The position numbers were made by a program, and so were the translations under genes. Positions 37,371-47,792 of a DNA stretch of 64,000 nucleotides are shown piece after piece. The notes under the pieces are model-generated. The model had not been told where the DNA came from, did no database searches, and saw nothing but the letters and a program-made list of their open reading frames with translations. How positions within the stretch are numbered: position 1 is the first letter of the stretch; each line of letters begins with the position of its first letter. The DNA comes from a virus: the IMG/VR virus record IMGVR_UViG_3300036806_000149, positions 1-64,000 of that record. One strand, written 5' to 3'.

Positions 37371-38423
37371 TCACGCGGCGAGAGAATCATCGGCGGTCGA
37401 TGAGATCTTAGCATCCTCCTCCCACTCATCGAGCACGCGCTGACGAGCGGTCTGGTAGTCGTAATCCGGGCGCACCAGCTTGGCCCGCTCGATACCCACG
37501 GAATCCGCGAGCAGCGCCACGCCCTCCTTGAAATCGAGCTGGCACGTCTTCTTGTAGTCACAGAACTGACACGGCGGATAGGACCACCGCCAGCCGAAGG
37601 GGTGACGCTTCGAAGGATTTTCTTCGGGCAAAACACCGTCGATGAAAAACTTCCGCCACTGCTTGAGCCGCTCGACTCCCATCTCGAAAAACTTCTCGTC
37701 GTAATCGACACGGAACTCGGCCGTGTTGGCCGGATTGTCCCGCGACATGTAGAAGATGATGCCGTGCGTGACTGGTTGGAGCCCCGGCCACAGCTCGTCT
37801 TGAAAATGACGCACGAGCGCGATCTGGACCTTGTTCTGCGAGATGTGAGCCGGATCGGGGCCTCTGAGACCGAGCTGCATCTTCTCGATGTCCTTGGACT
37901 CCTTGGTCTTGATCTCGACCGGGAGCGGCTTCTGCCAGTTGGGCGGCTGGATCACCGAATCGACGGAGGAGGTGAGCCAGGCGTCTGACCAGGTGAAGCC
38001 GGTCTGCACCGCCTCCTCGGGCGACGCCGACAGCAAGATGCCCGCTTCGTGCCACGTCCTGACCAGCTCCACCTCAGCGTCCTTGCCGGCCTGCATGACG
38101 ACTCGCGACCGCCGCGAGAAGGGCTCGGCGCTGGGCAGATCCATCATCCGATACAGGGCCTGCCGGCTGCACGCCATCGGGTTGTCGCCGGGGAACTGAG
38201 AGCCGTGGAAGGACACATGCCAAGCTCGCCCGTGGGGGGAGTCGTCGTCCTGGGAGCGCCAGCGCACGTCCTCGACCTGGCGATAGGCACTGCGCGTGAT
38301 CGGGTCCACGGTGCGGATGATCTGGAGCCGGCTGAGAAGTTCCTGGCGCGTGAGCTTGCGCAGTCCGAGCGCCGAGCGCAGCTTCAGACCGGCCAGCGTG
38401 CCCTTGTCGTAGATGTACCTCAT
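37371..38423 (-). CDS. Cas4-like PD-(D/E)XK exonuclease
   Basis: ACSRQALY; VD...VEIKT; C-terminal CQFCDYKKTC. Confidence 0.8.
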   Translation of the reverse strand: MRYIYDKGTLAGLKLRSALGLRKLTRQELLSRLQIIRTVDPITRSAYRQVEDVRWRSQDDDSPHGRAWHVSFHGSQFPGDNPMACSRQALYRMMDLPSAEPFSRRSRVVMQAGKDAEVELVRTWHEAGILLSASPEEAVQTGFTWSDAWLTSSVDSVIQPPNWQKPLPVEIKTKESKDIEKMQLGLRGPDPAHISQNKVQIALVRHFQDELWPGLQPVTHGIIFYMSRDNPANTAEFRVDYDEKFFEMGVERLKQWRKFFIDGVLPEENPSKRHPFGWRWSYPPCQFCDYKKTCQLDFKEGVALLADSVGIERAKLVRPDYDYQTARQRVLDEWEEDAKISSTADDSLAA

Positions 38424-38437
38424 GCCGGGACGACAGC

Positions 38438-38722
38438 CTAGTTCTTCTGTGCCTGCGCGGCCAGGTATAGCTCGGTGCCATCGCGGGCGCGCTTGATGAG
38501 GTCTTGGATCTGCGCGTCCGAGTTGTTCTCCTCGACCCAATAGATTCGTTCATCCAGCTTGCCGTCAACGCGCAACATCTCGTGGATCAGAACGCCGCCG
38601 TGCTCGTTCTTGATGCGCTGGCCCACGGACGAATCCTCCGCGCTCCAGATGTCGCCCAGGTTGGTGCCATACGGGCCACGCTCGGGGTAGCTCATCCAGC
38701 TCCCCTGAAGATACTCGTTCAT
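38438..38722 (-). CDS. Hypothetical protein
   Basis: GAAAGGATC RBS; ATGA overlap. Confidence 0.6.
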   Translation of the reverse strand: MNEYLQGSWMSYPERGPYGTNLGDIWSAEDSSVGQRIKNEHGGVLIHEMLRVDGKLDERIYWVEENNSDAQIQDLIKRARDGTELYLAAQAQKN

Positions 38723-38910
38723 CTCGATCCTTTCATCTTCTTGTAGTGGCCCACGACTTGGTTGGCTTTCATATGGAAGTGATTGATCTGCTTCGAGTGC
38801 GGCATGATTCTCAGCTCTCCCTTGCCGCGCTCCTCAACTGTGGCGAAAAAGCGTATTCCTCTGATGTCGCAGTCCACTATGTCGCCTGCACTGACACTGG
38901 TGAGATTCAT
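38719..38910 (-). CDS. Small SH3-like hypothetical protein
   Basis: Follows the TGGTACAAT promoter and an AAAGGG RBS. Confidence 0.55.
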   Translation of the reverse strand: MNLTSVSAGDIVDCDIRGIRFFATVEERGKGELRIMPHSKQINHFHMKANQVVGHYKKMKGSR

Positions 38911-38956
38911 ATGACCCTTTCTCGCGGAAAGGACCATTGTACCACAAACTATGATC

Positions 38957-39973
38957 TTACCGTCGCGACGCAGCCAGTGCAGTGTCCTGAATCTTGATCC
39001 TCAGATCGAGATCTTCGACAATCAGATCGCGCAGTGCCTGCTGACCATGCAGCTTGCGCTCACCATAGGCATACCGCCCCTTGGACGTCGTCTCGATGAT
39101 CCCGTAGTGGCGGGCGGCCTTGATCAGCTCGAAGAGGTCATCGAACCGCATCGAGTCCAGATCGAGGCGCAGCGTGGCCGTGCGGAACGGACGGCACACG
39201 CGAGACTTCTCCACCCGGACCTTGATCTCCATCCCGTTGGGCTCGATCTGCCCCGACATCCCCTTGACCTGGTTGGCCTTCTCGTCGAGATCGCCCTCGG
39301 CGTTGCGCCACAGCCAACTGCCCTTCTTGAACACCACGCTCATCGAGGACTGGTGATCGAGGATGCGCCCGCCGGCGGGGTCCTCGCCGCCGGTCCGGAA
39401 GTTGACCCGGACCTGGTCGATCAGGATCACCGTATTGGCGCTCTGATCAAATCTTTCATTGAGGCGACGGAAAACTTTCCCCCAGGCACGAGCGTTGATC
39501 CCCGGCCGCCAGTCGCGCACGTCGGCGTTCAGCTCATCCTCGGAGACGGCGATCGAGCACGAGTCGATGATGTGGAAGTGGACCACGCCGAACAGCGCCT
39601 CCATCTTCTCCCCGATCTCCTCCACCGTGGTCCCCTCGACCAGCGTCAGCTCGTCGGTATCGAGCCCGATCATCTCCTTGGCGAACACCGGGTCATACTG
39701 CTTCTCGACGTTGTAGTAGGCGCACGTGAAGCCGAGCTTCTGAGCCTCACGGGCGCAGATCAGCGAGCGCAGCGTCTTGGTCGATGAGTAGCCCCCGTAG
39801 AAGCGCGTCCAGCGTCCCACCGGGATACCCCCGCCCATGGCCACGTCCAGCTCCAGCGAGCCGGTGGAGATCCGCGAGGGATGCTCCATGTCGTTGCCGC
39901 GCCGGATGCTGTCGGCGTACTTGCGGTTGATCCGGTTGACGATCTCCTGATACTCATCAGGATGCACGGGCAA
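38957..39973 (-). CDS. recA: RecA/UvsX-like recombinase
   Basis: ISTGSLELDVAMGGGIPVGR, GGYSSTKT, IIDS, LIDQVR, GGRILDH, KSRVCRPFR. Confidence 0.9.
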   Translation of the reverse strand: MPVHPDEYQEIVNRINRKYADSIRRGNDMEHPSRISTGSLELDVAMGGGIPVGRWTRFYGGYSSTKTLRSLICAREAQKLGFTCAYYNVEKQYDPVFAKEMIGLDTDELTLVEGTTVEEIGEKMEALFGVVHFHIIDSCSIAVSEDELNADVRDWRPGINARAWGKVFRRLNERFDQSANTVILIDQVRVNFRTGGEDPAGGRILDHQSSMSVVFKKGSWLWRNAEGDLDEKANQVKGMSGQIEPNGMEIKVRVEKSRVCRPFRTATLRLDLDSMRFDDLFELIKAARHYGIIETTSKGRYAYGERKLHGQQALRDLIVEDLDLRIKIQDTALAASRR

Positions 39974-42900
39974 GCGCTTCCTCCTCTCGGGCCAGCTCTT
40001 CCATCAACGTCTCGATGCCGATCAGATCCGTGACCACGATCTGGACGTAGCCTTTCCACTCATCCTTCTTGCCGGCCACGGAGATGATCTTGCCCACCTG
40101 GATGAGATCCTCGAACATCAGCAGCTCGTGCTCCCAGAGCTTGAGGTTGTACGAGTTGGTCCCGAACACGATCGTCACGTTGGCAAACGGCGTCTTGCGC
40201 TTGGTCTGCTTGCGGACCAGCTTGGTGATCTCGCCGCCCACCGTGACCTCCTCGCCGTTGGCGGCCAGCTCGATCTCCTCGGAGCTGTAGCTATTATGTA
40301 GGATGAACTCCTGCTGTTCATCAGTCATAGACAAGGTGGACACGGGCAGGTTGAGCAGCGCGGCCTGACCTTGCATCAGCGCCAGCGGCGCGGGCTCGCC
40401 GGTGACCTCGGGGATCTCGCGCTGCTTCTTGATCTTCGTGTTGTGCTTGAGGTGCTCCCACACGGTCCACGAGACCGCCCTCTTGGAGCCCACCTTGGGC
40501 ACCGTGGAGAGCATGTAGGCGCGCTCAGCCAGCTCGTCACAGGCTCCGGATTCGATCAGCGGCTTGTGCGGGATCGCCACCGCCATCACCTCCTCGATCG
40601 AGTGAAACGGCCGCAGCTTGAGAATCTTTTCGGCCGCCTGGCCGCCGACGCCCTTGATCGCCATCAGCCCCAGCACGAGCCGGCCCTCATCGTCCACCGT
40701 ATAGCCCGCATCAGAAGCGTTGATGTCGGGCATCACGATCTCGATCCCCAGCAGCTTGGCCTCGCGCAGCGCCGACTTGCACTTCTCGTCGTCGTCCTCG
40801 TAGGTGAGAAACGCGGCGTAGAACTCGGCCGGGTAGTTGGCCTTGAGGTACATGTCCTGGTACGCCTGGAGCGCGTAGCAGGCCGAGTGGGACTTATTGA
40901 AGCCGTACTGCCCGAACCCCAGCAGCTTGTCCCAGATCTCCTGGGCCAGCGGCCGGGGGATGTCTCGCGCGTCGGTGCCGGCGAACCACTTGGCCTCATA
41001 GCGGCGCATGAAGTCCTGGGCCACCGTGCCGCCCCGGATGCGGTACAGCTTGCCCATCGCCTTGCGCATGTCGTCGGCCTCGCCCCCGGAGAAGCCCCCG
41101 AGCTGCTTGGCCACCTCCATCACCTGCTCCTGGTAGGCGATCAGACCGTGAGTCTCAGACAGCACCGGCTCGACCAGCGGGTGCCAGTACTCGAAGTCCT
41201 GATGGCCGTGCTTGCGCTTGGCGTAGTCCCAGGTCACCCCGCCCTTCATCGCGCCGGGGCGATACAGCGCGTTGGCGGCGGTCAGATCGAGCGCGTAGGA
41301 GGGGTGGATCTCGCGGAGGAGGTTGGTGATCCCGCGCGAGCCGAACTGAAAGATTCCGGTCGTGTAGCCGTCACAGAAGCGCTCCATCACGACGGCCTCG
41401 ACGGCCTCGGGGTCGCGCAGGGCATCGAGCTTGTTGAGATCGATCCACTCACCGGTGCGCTCCAGGATGAGCTGGCAGGCGTACTCGTGCTTGGACAGCC
41501 CGGTGATCCCCAGACAGTCGAGCTTGACGAAGCCGTGATCCGAGACGGCGGGGAAGTCGGCGGCGTCAGACCACGAGGTGACCAGATCGCCCTTCTTACC
41601 CCGCTCCAGGGCCATGTACTCGTTGACCGGACCGGGGGTGATGATGATCCCGGCGGCGTGCTTGCCAGCGTTGGCCACGAGCCCTTCGAGCGCCAGGGCG
41701 TGCTTCCACAGCTCGGGATAGGCGTCGCGGAAGGCCGTCAGCGTGTCGTTGATCGGGATCAGCTCCTCCAGCTTGGTGGCCTCGGAGTCCTGGCGAATGT
41801 CGATCGTGTCGGTGACCTCCTTGGCGTCCATCCAAGGAACGTCGAACACCCGGCACAGATCCTGGATCACCTTGCGTGGCTGGAAGGTGGAGTGGGTGAT
41901 GATGTCGGCGACGTGATCCTGCCCATAGCGTTTCGCCAAGTACGCCTTCACCTCGGCTCGGCGCTCGGAATCGAAGTCGAGATCGATATCTGGGAGCCCC
42001 TTACGGGTGGGGTTGAGGAAGCGCTCGAACAACAATCCGTAGCTGATCGGGTCAATGGCGGTGATCCCTATCAAATAGGAGATCAGACAGCCGGCGGCTG
42101 AACCCCGCCCCAAGCCCACACGGATGCCCTGAGACTTGGCCCAGCGGCATACATCGCCTACCATCACGAAGTAGTCGATCACGCCCTTGGCCAGGAGCAT
42201 TTCCCACTCGGAATTGGCGCGCTCGACGTAGAGATCGTACGACCACTTCTCCCAGTGCTCGGGCGGATATTCTTCACGCAGCCGCTTCAGGCCCTCAGAA
42301 ATCCAGGTCTGGAGCGTGGTTGCGCTCTCCTGTGGGGACTCAGAAACTTTCGGCAGCTTGTTCGAGCGATCGAGCAGAAACGGCGACGTGCGCTGGACGA
42401 ACACCGTGGTGTTGGCGATCGCCTCATCGACGACGCCGAGCGAAATTCTCGGATGGTGCTTCTCGAACCACAGGCGCATCTCCTCCTCGTGGGCGAGGTA
42501 GAGCGTCGGCGTCAGCTCGGCTAGATAGCCGGCCTTGCCACACTCGATGTCCTTGGCGACCTGCTTGAGCGAGGAGTTCTCGCCCATGATCTTGGCGATT
42601 CGCTGAGTCTCAGCAAGTTCTCGGATCGGGAAGTGGGCGTCGTTGGTGGCCAGCAGCGGGATCGAGCGCTCCTGCGCGATCGACACCAGCTCGACGTTGA
42701 GCGTGCGCTGGTCATCGAAGTCATGCGGCATCAGCTCGACCCAGAAGTCGTCGCCGAAAAGATTCAGCATCCGCGAGACGTAGTCCTTGACCGCGACGCT
42801 ATCGCCGCCCTTGACCAGATGCGCGAGCCACGAGGAGAAACAGGCCGAGGAAGCCACCAGCCCGTCCCGATGGCGCTCCAGCAGCTCGTCATCGACGCAC

Positions 42901-43262
42901 GGATACTGGTAGAAGCCGCCGCCGTCCTCGACCTCGGCGAAGGCTTCGGAGACGAGCCGAAGCAGGCTGTGCCAGCCCTTCAAGTTCCTGGCGTAGAGAC
43001 ACAGATGCCACGCCCGGCGATCCTTGAAGCGCTTGGCCAGCTTCCGGTTGGGCCTGTAGTAAGCCTCCACACCGACTATAGGAAGGATGTGTACGTCTCT
43101 ACACGCCTTGATGTGGTGAAGCGCACCAGACATGGTGCCATGGTCGGTGAGTGCCAGCGCACCCTGACCAAGCTGGGCGGCCCTGTCGGCGTACTGCTTG
43201 GCTGTACCTATGCCATCCAGGCGACTGTACTCAGAGTGGCGATGCAGATGTACGAAGCTCAT
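39957..43262 (-). CDS. dnaE: DNA polymerase III alpha subunit (phage-encoded)
   Basis: PHP HLHRHSEYSRLDG, TDHG; GRGSAAG; PDIDLDF; KHAAG; GFNKSH. Confidence 0.97.
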   Translation of the reverse strand: MSFVHLHRHSEYSRLDGIGTAKQYADRAAQLGQGALALTDHGTMSGALHHIKACRDVHILPIVGVEAYYRPNRKLAKRFKDRRAWHLCLYARNLKGWHSLLRLVSEAFAEVEDGGGFYQYPCVDDELLERHRDGLVASSACFSSWLAHLVKGGDSVAVKDYVSRMLNLFGDDFWVELMPHDFDDQRTLNVELVSIAQERSIPLLATNDAHFPIRELAETQRIAKIMGENSSLKQVAKDIECGKAGYLAELTPTLYLAHEEEMRLWFEKHHPRISLGVVDEAIANTTVFVQRTSPFLLDRSNKLPKVSESPQESATTLQTWISEGLKRLREEYPPEHWEKWSYDLYVERANSEWEMLLAKGVIDYFVMVGDVCRWAKSQGIRVGLGRGSAAGCLISYLIGITAIDPISYGLLFERFLNPTRKGLPDIDLDFDSERRAEVKAYLAKRYGQDHVADIITHSTFQPRKVIQDLCRVFDVPWMDAKEVTDTIDIRQDSEATKLEELIPINDTLTAFRDAYPELWKHALALEGLVANAGKHAAGIIITPGPVNEYMALERGKKGDLVTSWSDAADFPAVSDHGFVKLDCLGITGLSKHEYACQLILERTGEWIDLNKLDALRDPEAVEAVVMERFCDGYTTGIFQFGSRGITNLLREIHPSYALDLTAANALYRPGAMKGGVTWDYAKRKHGHQDFEYWHPLVEPVLSETHGLIAYQEQVMEVAKQLGGFSGGEADDMRKAMGKLYRIRGGTVAQDFMRRYEAKWFAGTDARDIPRPLAQEIWDKLLGFGQYGFNKSHSACYALQAYQDMYLKANYPAEFYAAFLTYEDDDEKCKSALREAKLLGIEIVMPDINASDAGYTVDDEGRLVLGLMAIKGVGGQAAEKILKLRPFHSIEEVMAVAIPHKPLIESGACDELAERAYMLSTVPKVGSKRAVSWTVWEHLKHNTKIKKQREIPEVTGEPAPLALMQGQAALLNLPVSTLSMTDEQQEFILHNSYSSEEIELAANGEEVTVGGEITKLVRKQTKRKTPFANVTIVFGTNSYNLKLWEHELLMFEDLIQVGKIISVAGKKDEWKGYVQIVVTDLIGIETLMEELAREEEALARAS

Positions 43263-43447
43263 CTGCCGCGACCACCTCTATCCGCATCGTCATCCAGGAT
43301 CGTCACCATCCGCGCAGCGATCGGCTCCAACACCTTGGCCAGCGCGATCAGCCCGTAGCCCACGGCCTGGCCGGCCTTGACTTCAGCCGACTGCACTGAG
43401 CCGCCGAGCTGGTCGATCTTTTGCTCCATCTCATCGAGCAGGTTCAT
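43259..43447 (-). CDS. Hypothetical protein
   Basis: ATGA-coupled to dnaE. Confidence 0.55.
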   Translation of the reverse strand: MNLLDEMEQKIDQLGGSVQSAEVKAGQAVGYGLIALAKVLEPIAARMVTILDDDADRGGRGR

Positions 43448-43559
43448 TGCCCGTCCGTCTTCTGAGAGTCAGAAAATGACCGAATGTGGTGAATCATGCC
43501 CGGGCATCATCGCAGACACCGCACCCCAGAGATAGAGCGCGGTGTCATGCGAGATCGGC

Positions 43560-43925
43560 TCAGGCGGCGGAGAGCTTGACCTTGGTCTTGGTCTGGATGT
43601 CCGCCGTGACGCGCGCCAGGTTGCGGTTGGGAACCACGACGAAGGTGATTCCCTGAGCGTCATAAGTTCCGTGCTGCTCGCGCATGTCCTCGATGTACGC
43701 CTCGATCGCCTCGCTGGCGTTACGACCTTCGTACTTGCCCAGAATCTTCAGCGTGCCATCTTCGTCCTCGTTGAAGACGTGGTAGAGCGCCTTGCCTCGC
43801 CCGTTGGTTGCCGGCTGCTGACGAGCCGGCGTACCCCGAGCGTTCTTTCGAGTGGGACGCTTGCGCGTCGAAGCGGTTGCCGTGTTGGCCATTGATCTGT
43901 CCTGTTCTAGAGAAGTTGAACTCAT
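43560..43925 (-). CDS. Hypothetical protein
   Basis: Coupled to the SSB gene; strong codon bias. Confidence 0.65.
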   Translation of the reverse strand: MSSTSLEQDRSMANTATASTRKRPTRKNARGTPARQQPATNGRGKALYHVFNEDEDGTLKILGKYEGRNASEAIEAYIEDMREQHGTYDAQGITFVVVPNRNLARVTADIQTKTKVKLSAA

Positions 43926-44656
43926 GTTCGGTTACGCATGAAGGGATTGACCCGCTGCGTAGGTTGGGAATTTCCACCCTGGCCGTGGCCGGCGTCATTG
44001 CCGCCAACGGCATGACCGAGATCTTTGAGGAAGTCCTCATAGGAACCGGGCGTGACCTGCGGAGTCAGGTCGTTCTTCTCCGCCGCCAGCTTTTCTTCCT
44101 CCTCGGTCATCTCCTGCGCGCCGGAATCAACGTCCTCCGGTGCGATGTGGTACTTGGTGTCCAACTTCTCACCCTTGCGCTTGATCTTGAAGCGCCGCGA
44201 GCGCAGCCCCCGATAGTTGACGTTGATCTCATCCAGCTCCTCGAAGAGCCGAATGCCAGACACCCAGACGGCCACCTGGGGCTTGCGGGAGATGATGACC
44301 GGGTCTCCCACCCGGTCCTTCACGATCCGGTTGTTCGAGTCGCGCTTGAATACCGGGGCGTCGAACCAGATGAGGTTGATGAAGCCCTGGAAGCGACGGG
44401 GTAGATCGCGCTCGCAGCCGGGGCACGGTGTCCCGTCGCGCTCCTGATCGAGACACGGGACGTTGCGGCCGAACTGCCGGCCCTCCACCGGAATCTCGTG
44501 CATCTGAGCCCAGTGAATATCGTCGTCCTGCTCTAAGAAGCGAACGATGGCCTCGTCTCCGGAACGGATCTGAAAGCGGAGATATCCTCCGCCTTGCGCG
44601 CGCCGAGCCTCTACTTCAGCCGACGCTTCGCGTACTCCAGCGAACCCTCTTGGCAT
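43922..44656 (-). CDS. gp32-like single-stranded DNA-binding protein
   Basis: IVRFL..H...C.....CPGC; KIKRKGEKLDTKY; lies in the replication cluster. Confidence 0.75.
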   Translation of the reverse strand: MPRGFAGVREASAEVEARRAQGGGYLRFQIRSGDEAIVRFLEQDDDIHWAQMHEIPVEGRQFGRNVPCLDQERDGTPCPGCERDLPRRFQGFINLIWFDAPVFKRDSNNRIVKDRVGDPVIISRKPQVAVWVSGIRLFEELDEINVNYRGLRSRRFKIKRKGEKLDTKYHIAPEDVDSGAQEMTEEEEKLAAEKNDLTPQVTPGSYEDFLKDLGHAVGGNDAGHGQGGNSQPTQRVNPFMRNRT

Positions 44657-44713
44657 CTCGGTCTCCTTGGGTGTTGTTTGGGCTGGGGTTGTTTTGGGTG
44701 ATTTATTGAGATC

Positions 44714-45799
44714 TTAGGATCGCACCCTGATCTTAGCTTCACTCTGCGCCAAAGTCCAGGGCTTTGCACGACCAATGATGTCTTCCAGCTCGAATGTGTC
44801 GAGATCCATGGCGTCGCTCTCATGTTCACCAACGACGTGGACTGAGACAAACGGCTTGAGCTGATCGACCGCACCGCGATGTTTCCGGTTCTGAGCATCG
44901 ATCCATCCCCAAGTCGCCATCTCACCAGCTTTATCTGAGTCCAACATGAGAATCGCCCGCTCGGTCAGCTCCCGAATGATTCTGGCGTGATGTTCGGTGA
45001 AGTTCGAACCGTTGATGGCCACCGCCGGAGATTTGAGCTTGGTGACGACGGCGATCGCGTTCCACTCGCCCTCGACGACGATCAGCTCCTTGATCGACGA
45101 CTCGATGCGATGCGCCCCATAGACCACGCGGCTGTTGAAGTAGCAGGGCCAGCCGTAGCGGTGGCCTCGACCCGGAGAGTCTCCCAGCACGAGGTACTTG
45201 GGCCGCCGGCCATCGACCGACCGCGCCTTGAAGCCCACCAGACGGCCTCGCTCGTCGCGTACGGCGAAGGTAATCCGGTCACTGAGCGAATCCCAACCGA
45301 ACTCCCAGTTCGCCAGCGTCTCGGGCGCAAAGCCGCGCTCGAACACGTAGTCACACGCGGGATCGCTCTCCCACCCCGGCGTCTGCCAGGCCATCCACGC
45401 CTCGGGCCAGTTGACCGCAAACCGTTCGAGCGCCGACTCGTCGAGCAGCGGCTGGGCCGGCACGAAGACCGGCTCTCGCTCCAGAATCTTTCTTACCTCG
45501 GCCACCGTGTTGCGCGCGTCGGGGTTGATGAAGCCCGGCTGATAGCGCTCCTTGAGCATGCGGGTCGCTTCCAGTGGCGAGATCTGAAGCAGATGCGCGG
45601 TGAAATCTGAAGCTGTACCAGCAGCCTTGCACTTATAGCAGAAGAATGCAGTGGTGTCGGTGTTCATCGAGAGCGTGTTGTTGTCGCCATCGTGAAACGG
45701 ACACGGCATGCGAATCTCGTCGCCGCGAGCCATCTCGAAGTCGAGATCCAGGCAGTCGAGCATGTCCTCGACATCTACATGGGAGATCCACTCAGTCAC
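44714..45799 (-). CDS. dnaG: DNA primase (CHC2 zinc finger plus TOPRIM)
   Basis: CPFH..CYKC; VGFKAR; PKYL; VVEGEWN; LDSDKAG. Confidence 0.92.
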   Translation of the reverse strand: MTEWISHVDVEDMLDCLDLDFEMARGDEIRMPCPFHDGDNNTLSMNTDTTAFFCYKCKAAGTASDFTAHLLQISPLEATRMLKERYQPGFINPDARNTVAEVRKILEREPVFVPAQPLLDESALERFAVNWPEAWMAWQTPGWESDPACDYVFERGFAPETLANWEFGWDSLSDRITFAVRDERGRLVGFKARSVDGRRPKYLVLGDSPGRGHRYGWPCYFNSRVVYGAHRIESSIKELIVVEGEWNAIAVVTKLKSPAVAINGSNFTEHHARIIRELTERAILMLDSDKAGEMATWGWIDAQNRKHRGAVDQLKPFVSVHVVGEHESDAMDLDTFELEDIIGRAKPWTLAQSEAKIRVRS

Positions 45800-47040
45800 T
45801 ACTCGCCACTGACGCGCTTGAACCGATCACCCATGATCTCTTCGCGGAAGTGCTGTTTGTCGTGATCCCAGACGGCATAGAACCGACCCAGCTTCCCGTC
45901 GCGATTCTTGTTCAGGCGGATCTCCATCCGCTTGGCCTTGTGCATCTCCTCATCGGCGTGCAACCCGATCACGATGTCGGGGTCCTGAATTGCTGAGATC
46001 GAGTAGGCGATGTTGTCCAGCTCCGCGCCCTCCTTGGACGCGGAGCGGTTGGTCTGAGCGGCGGCGATGATCGGGATCTTCAGAGTGCGAGCGTTCTGCT
46101 TGAGATCCTGGGTGATCTCACCCAGCGTCTGCCACAGCTTGCTGCCTCGGGCCGCCCGGGCAGATCTCATGAGACTTAGATAATCGATGAAGACCACGTC
46201 GGGTTTGTGTCTGATCATCTCGGAGAAGATGTGATCAGCCGTGCAGCCCCGCAGCGAGTCGATCACGGTGATGTCGCAAGGCTTATGAGTGATCTGGTCA
46301 GCCGCCACCCGCCAGTCAGCCAGCGAAACTTCTTCCAGTTCGAGGTGTTTGAGCTTCCAGTAGTCGATCCCGGTGGCCATCGCATCCCAGCGCCGCATAA
46401 TCACCCGACGCTCCATCTCCAAGGAGATGAACAGCGGGTTGAAGCCCCTCATCCACATGTTGTAGGCCATCACCATCAGCAGGGTGCTCTTGCCCAGGCC
46501 CGAGAAGCCGGCCACGGTGGCGAACTCGTGGGGCTGAATGCCGCCGGTCCAGTCGTCCAGCGAGCGAAATCCGAAGGGCACGCCCAACTTGCGGCCCTCC
46601 TGCTTGGTCTGTTCGTACTCGACAATCCGCGAACCCATGTCCTTGAAGCGAGCCACCTCGGACGTCGGCACCTGCATCGCGAGCTGCCGAACCAGTTCGA
46701 ACACCTCTAGAACGATCGTCTCCCCGGAGTCGAGGTCGTCGGCGCGCTCGGCGATCTGCACGGCAAAGTCCTGGGTGTAGCGCCGGTTGACCACGCCCAC
46801 GAACTTGTCGAGCAAGTACTCCAGGGGCTCCTCGGGATACAGGAACTCCCACTGCGGCCGATCGGCCTTGATCACCTCTTTGGTGGGCGGATCGTTGTAG
46901 CGCCGCCAGTAGGTGAGCAGGTAGTCGTACATCTCCCGGCACGACTCGTCAGCGAAGTGCGCGAGGTCGATGCGCGAGACGGCCTCCTCCAGCCTCCCGG
47001 TAGAGATCAGCTTCGAGATCAAGCTGCGCTCAATGTCCAT
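45799..47040 (-). CDS. dnaB: Replicative DnaB-like helicase
   Basis: AGFSGLGKST, ISLEM, IDYL, AAQTNR, QDPD, KNRDG. Confidence 0.93.
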   Translation of the reverse strand: MDIERSLISKLISTGRLEEAVSRIDLAHFADESCREMYDYLLTYWRRYNDPPTKEVIKADRPQWEFLYPEEPLEYLLDKFVGVVNRRYTQDFAVQIAERADDLDSGETIVLEVFELVRQLAMQVPTSEVARFKDMGSRIVEYEQTKQEGRKLGVPFGFRSLDDWTGGIQPHEFATVAGFSGLGKSTLLMVMAYNMWMRGFNPLFISLEMERRVIMRRWDAMATGIDYWKLKHLELEEVSLADWRVAADQITHKPCDITVIDSLRGCTADHIFSEMIRHKPDVVFIDYLSLMRSARAARGSKLWQTLGEITQDLKQNARTLKIPIIAAAQTNRSASKEGAELDNIAYSISAIQDPDIVIGLHADEEMHKAKRMEIRLNKNRDGKLGRFYAVWDHDKQHFREEIMGDRFKRVSGE

Positions 47041-47041
47041 C

Positions 47042-47272
47042 TCAGTCCTCGACGGTCATCGCGTACTGGCGATCGCGGCCCTTGACGGTGAGCCGGTGGC
47101 CCACCAGCAGACGCCGGGGAACATCGAGCCGGTTGCCGCTCTCGGGCAGGTACATCTCGCCGTCGATGATCACCATCCCCAGCACGATCTGCTCGCGGGC
47201 GACGGACTGAGACATGCCGAATTCCTCGGCCAGCAGAGCTGGGAGATAGATGGACTCATCGGGCTCGGGCAT
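47042..47272 (-). CDS. Stand-alone S4-like RNA-binding domain protein
   Basis: LPALLAEEFGMSQSVAREQIVLGMVIIDGE matches the S4 consensus L..LL....S.S.AR..I..G.V.IDG. Confidence 0.6.
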   Translation of the reverse strand: MPEPDESIYLPALLAEEFGMSQSVAREQIVLGMVIIDGEMYLPESGNRLDVPRRLLVGHRLTVKGRDRQYAMTVED

Positions 47273-47304
47273 ACCTATCTCCTGAATCTCAGAAAGTTTC
47301 TGGT

Positions 47305-47775
47305 CTAGCCTCCGTTGGGGGCGAGCTGATCCTGGATCGACTCCATGACCAGATTCCGCTGCACCGAGACGACGTCGCCTTCGACGATCTCGGCGAGCTG
47401 ATTCAGCGCCGCTGCCATGTTCTCACGTTGGACGTCGGTGAAAGGAGCCGGCGCATCGGGGTCGATGTAGGTGATGATCTGGCAGGGGCCGACGCTCACG
47501 TTGGCGTACTGGCCGGTGGGGATCAGTTCGGACGCCGTCATCGTGATCCGGACCATCGGCCGGCCGTCGCTGGTCCGGGGCCAGCCGTCGCTCACCGTCT
47601 CCTGCTGCTTCTCGGCCTGCTTGGCGGCAGTTTCAGCTTTGCCCCGGCTCTGCGTGTCCTGATTGCCGATGGACTTGGCCTGACGCGGGTTGGCGCGGGC
47701 GGGCTTGCTAGCAGCGGGCTCCTCTGCTGCCTTGGGCTTGGCCTTGGAACCGGGACGCTGTCGGGCTGCTGGCAT
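47305..47775 (-). CDS. Hypothetical protein
   Basis: GGAGA RBS; lies in the replication operon. Confidence 0.7.
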   Translation of the reverse strand: MPAARQRPGSKAKPKAAEEPAASKPARANPRQAKSIGNQDTQSRGKAETAAKQAEKQQETVSDGWPRTSDGRPMVRITMTASELIPTGQYANVSVGPCQIITYIDPDAPAPFTDVQRENMAAALNQLAEIVEGDVVSVQRNLVMESIQDQLAPNGG

Positions 47776-47792
47776 GGTTGGCTATCTCCCCA

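Noticed and set aside
37371-38423. CRISPR-Cas adaptation gene
   Set aside because: A solo Cas4-like exonuclease beside recA is a standard phage recombination gene
40371-42101. Long opposite-strand or alternate-frame ORFs (also 8038-9513, 30263-31462, 32745-33824, 58909-60123)
   Set aside because: Shadow ORFs expected from high GC3 codon bias over well-supported genes
39957-47040. Inteins or introns in dnaE, dnaB, primase or terminase
   Set aside because: Lengths are normal and no intein splice motifs or frame breaks were seen
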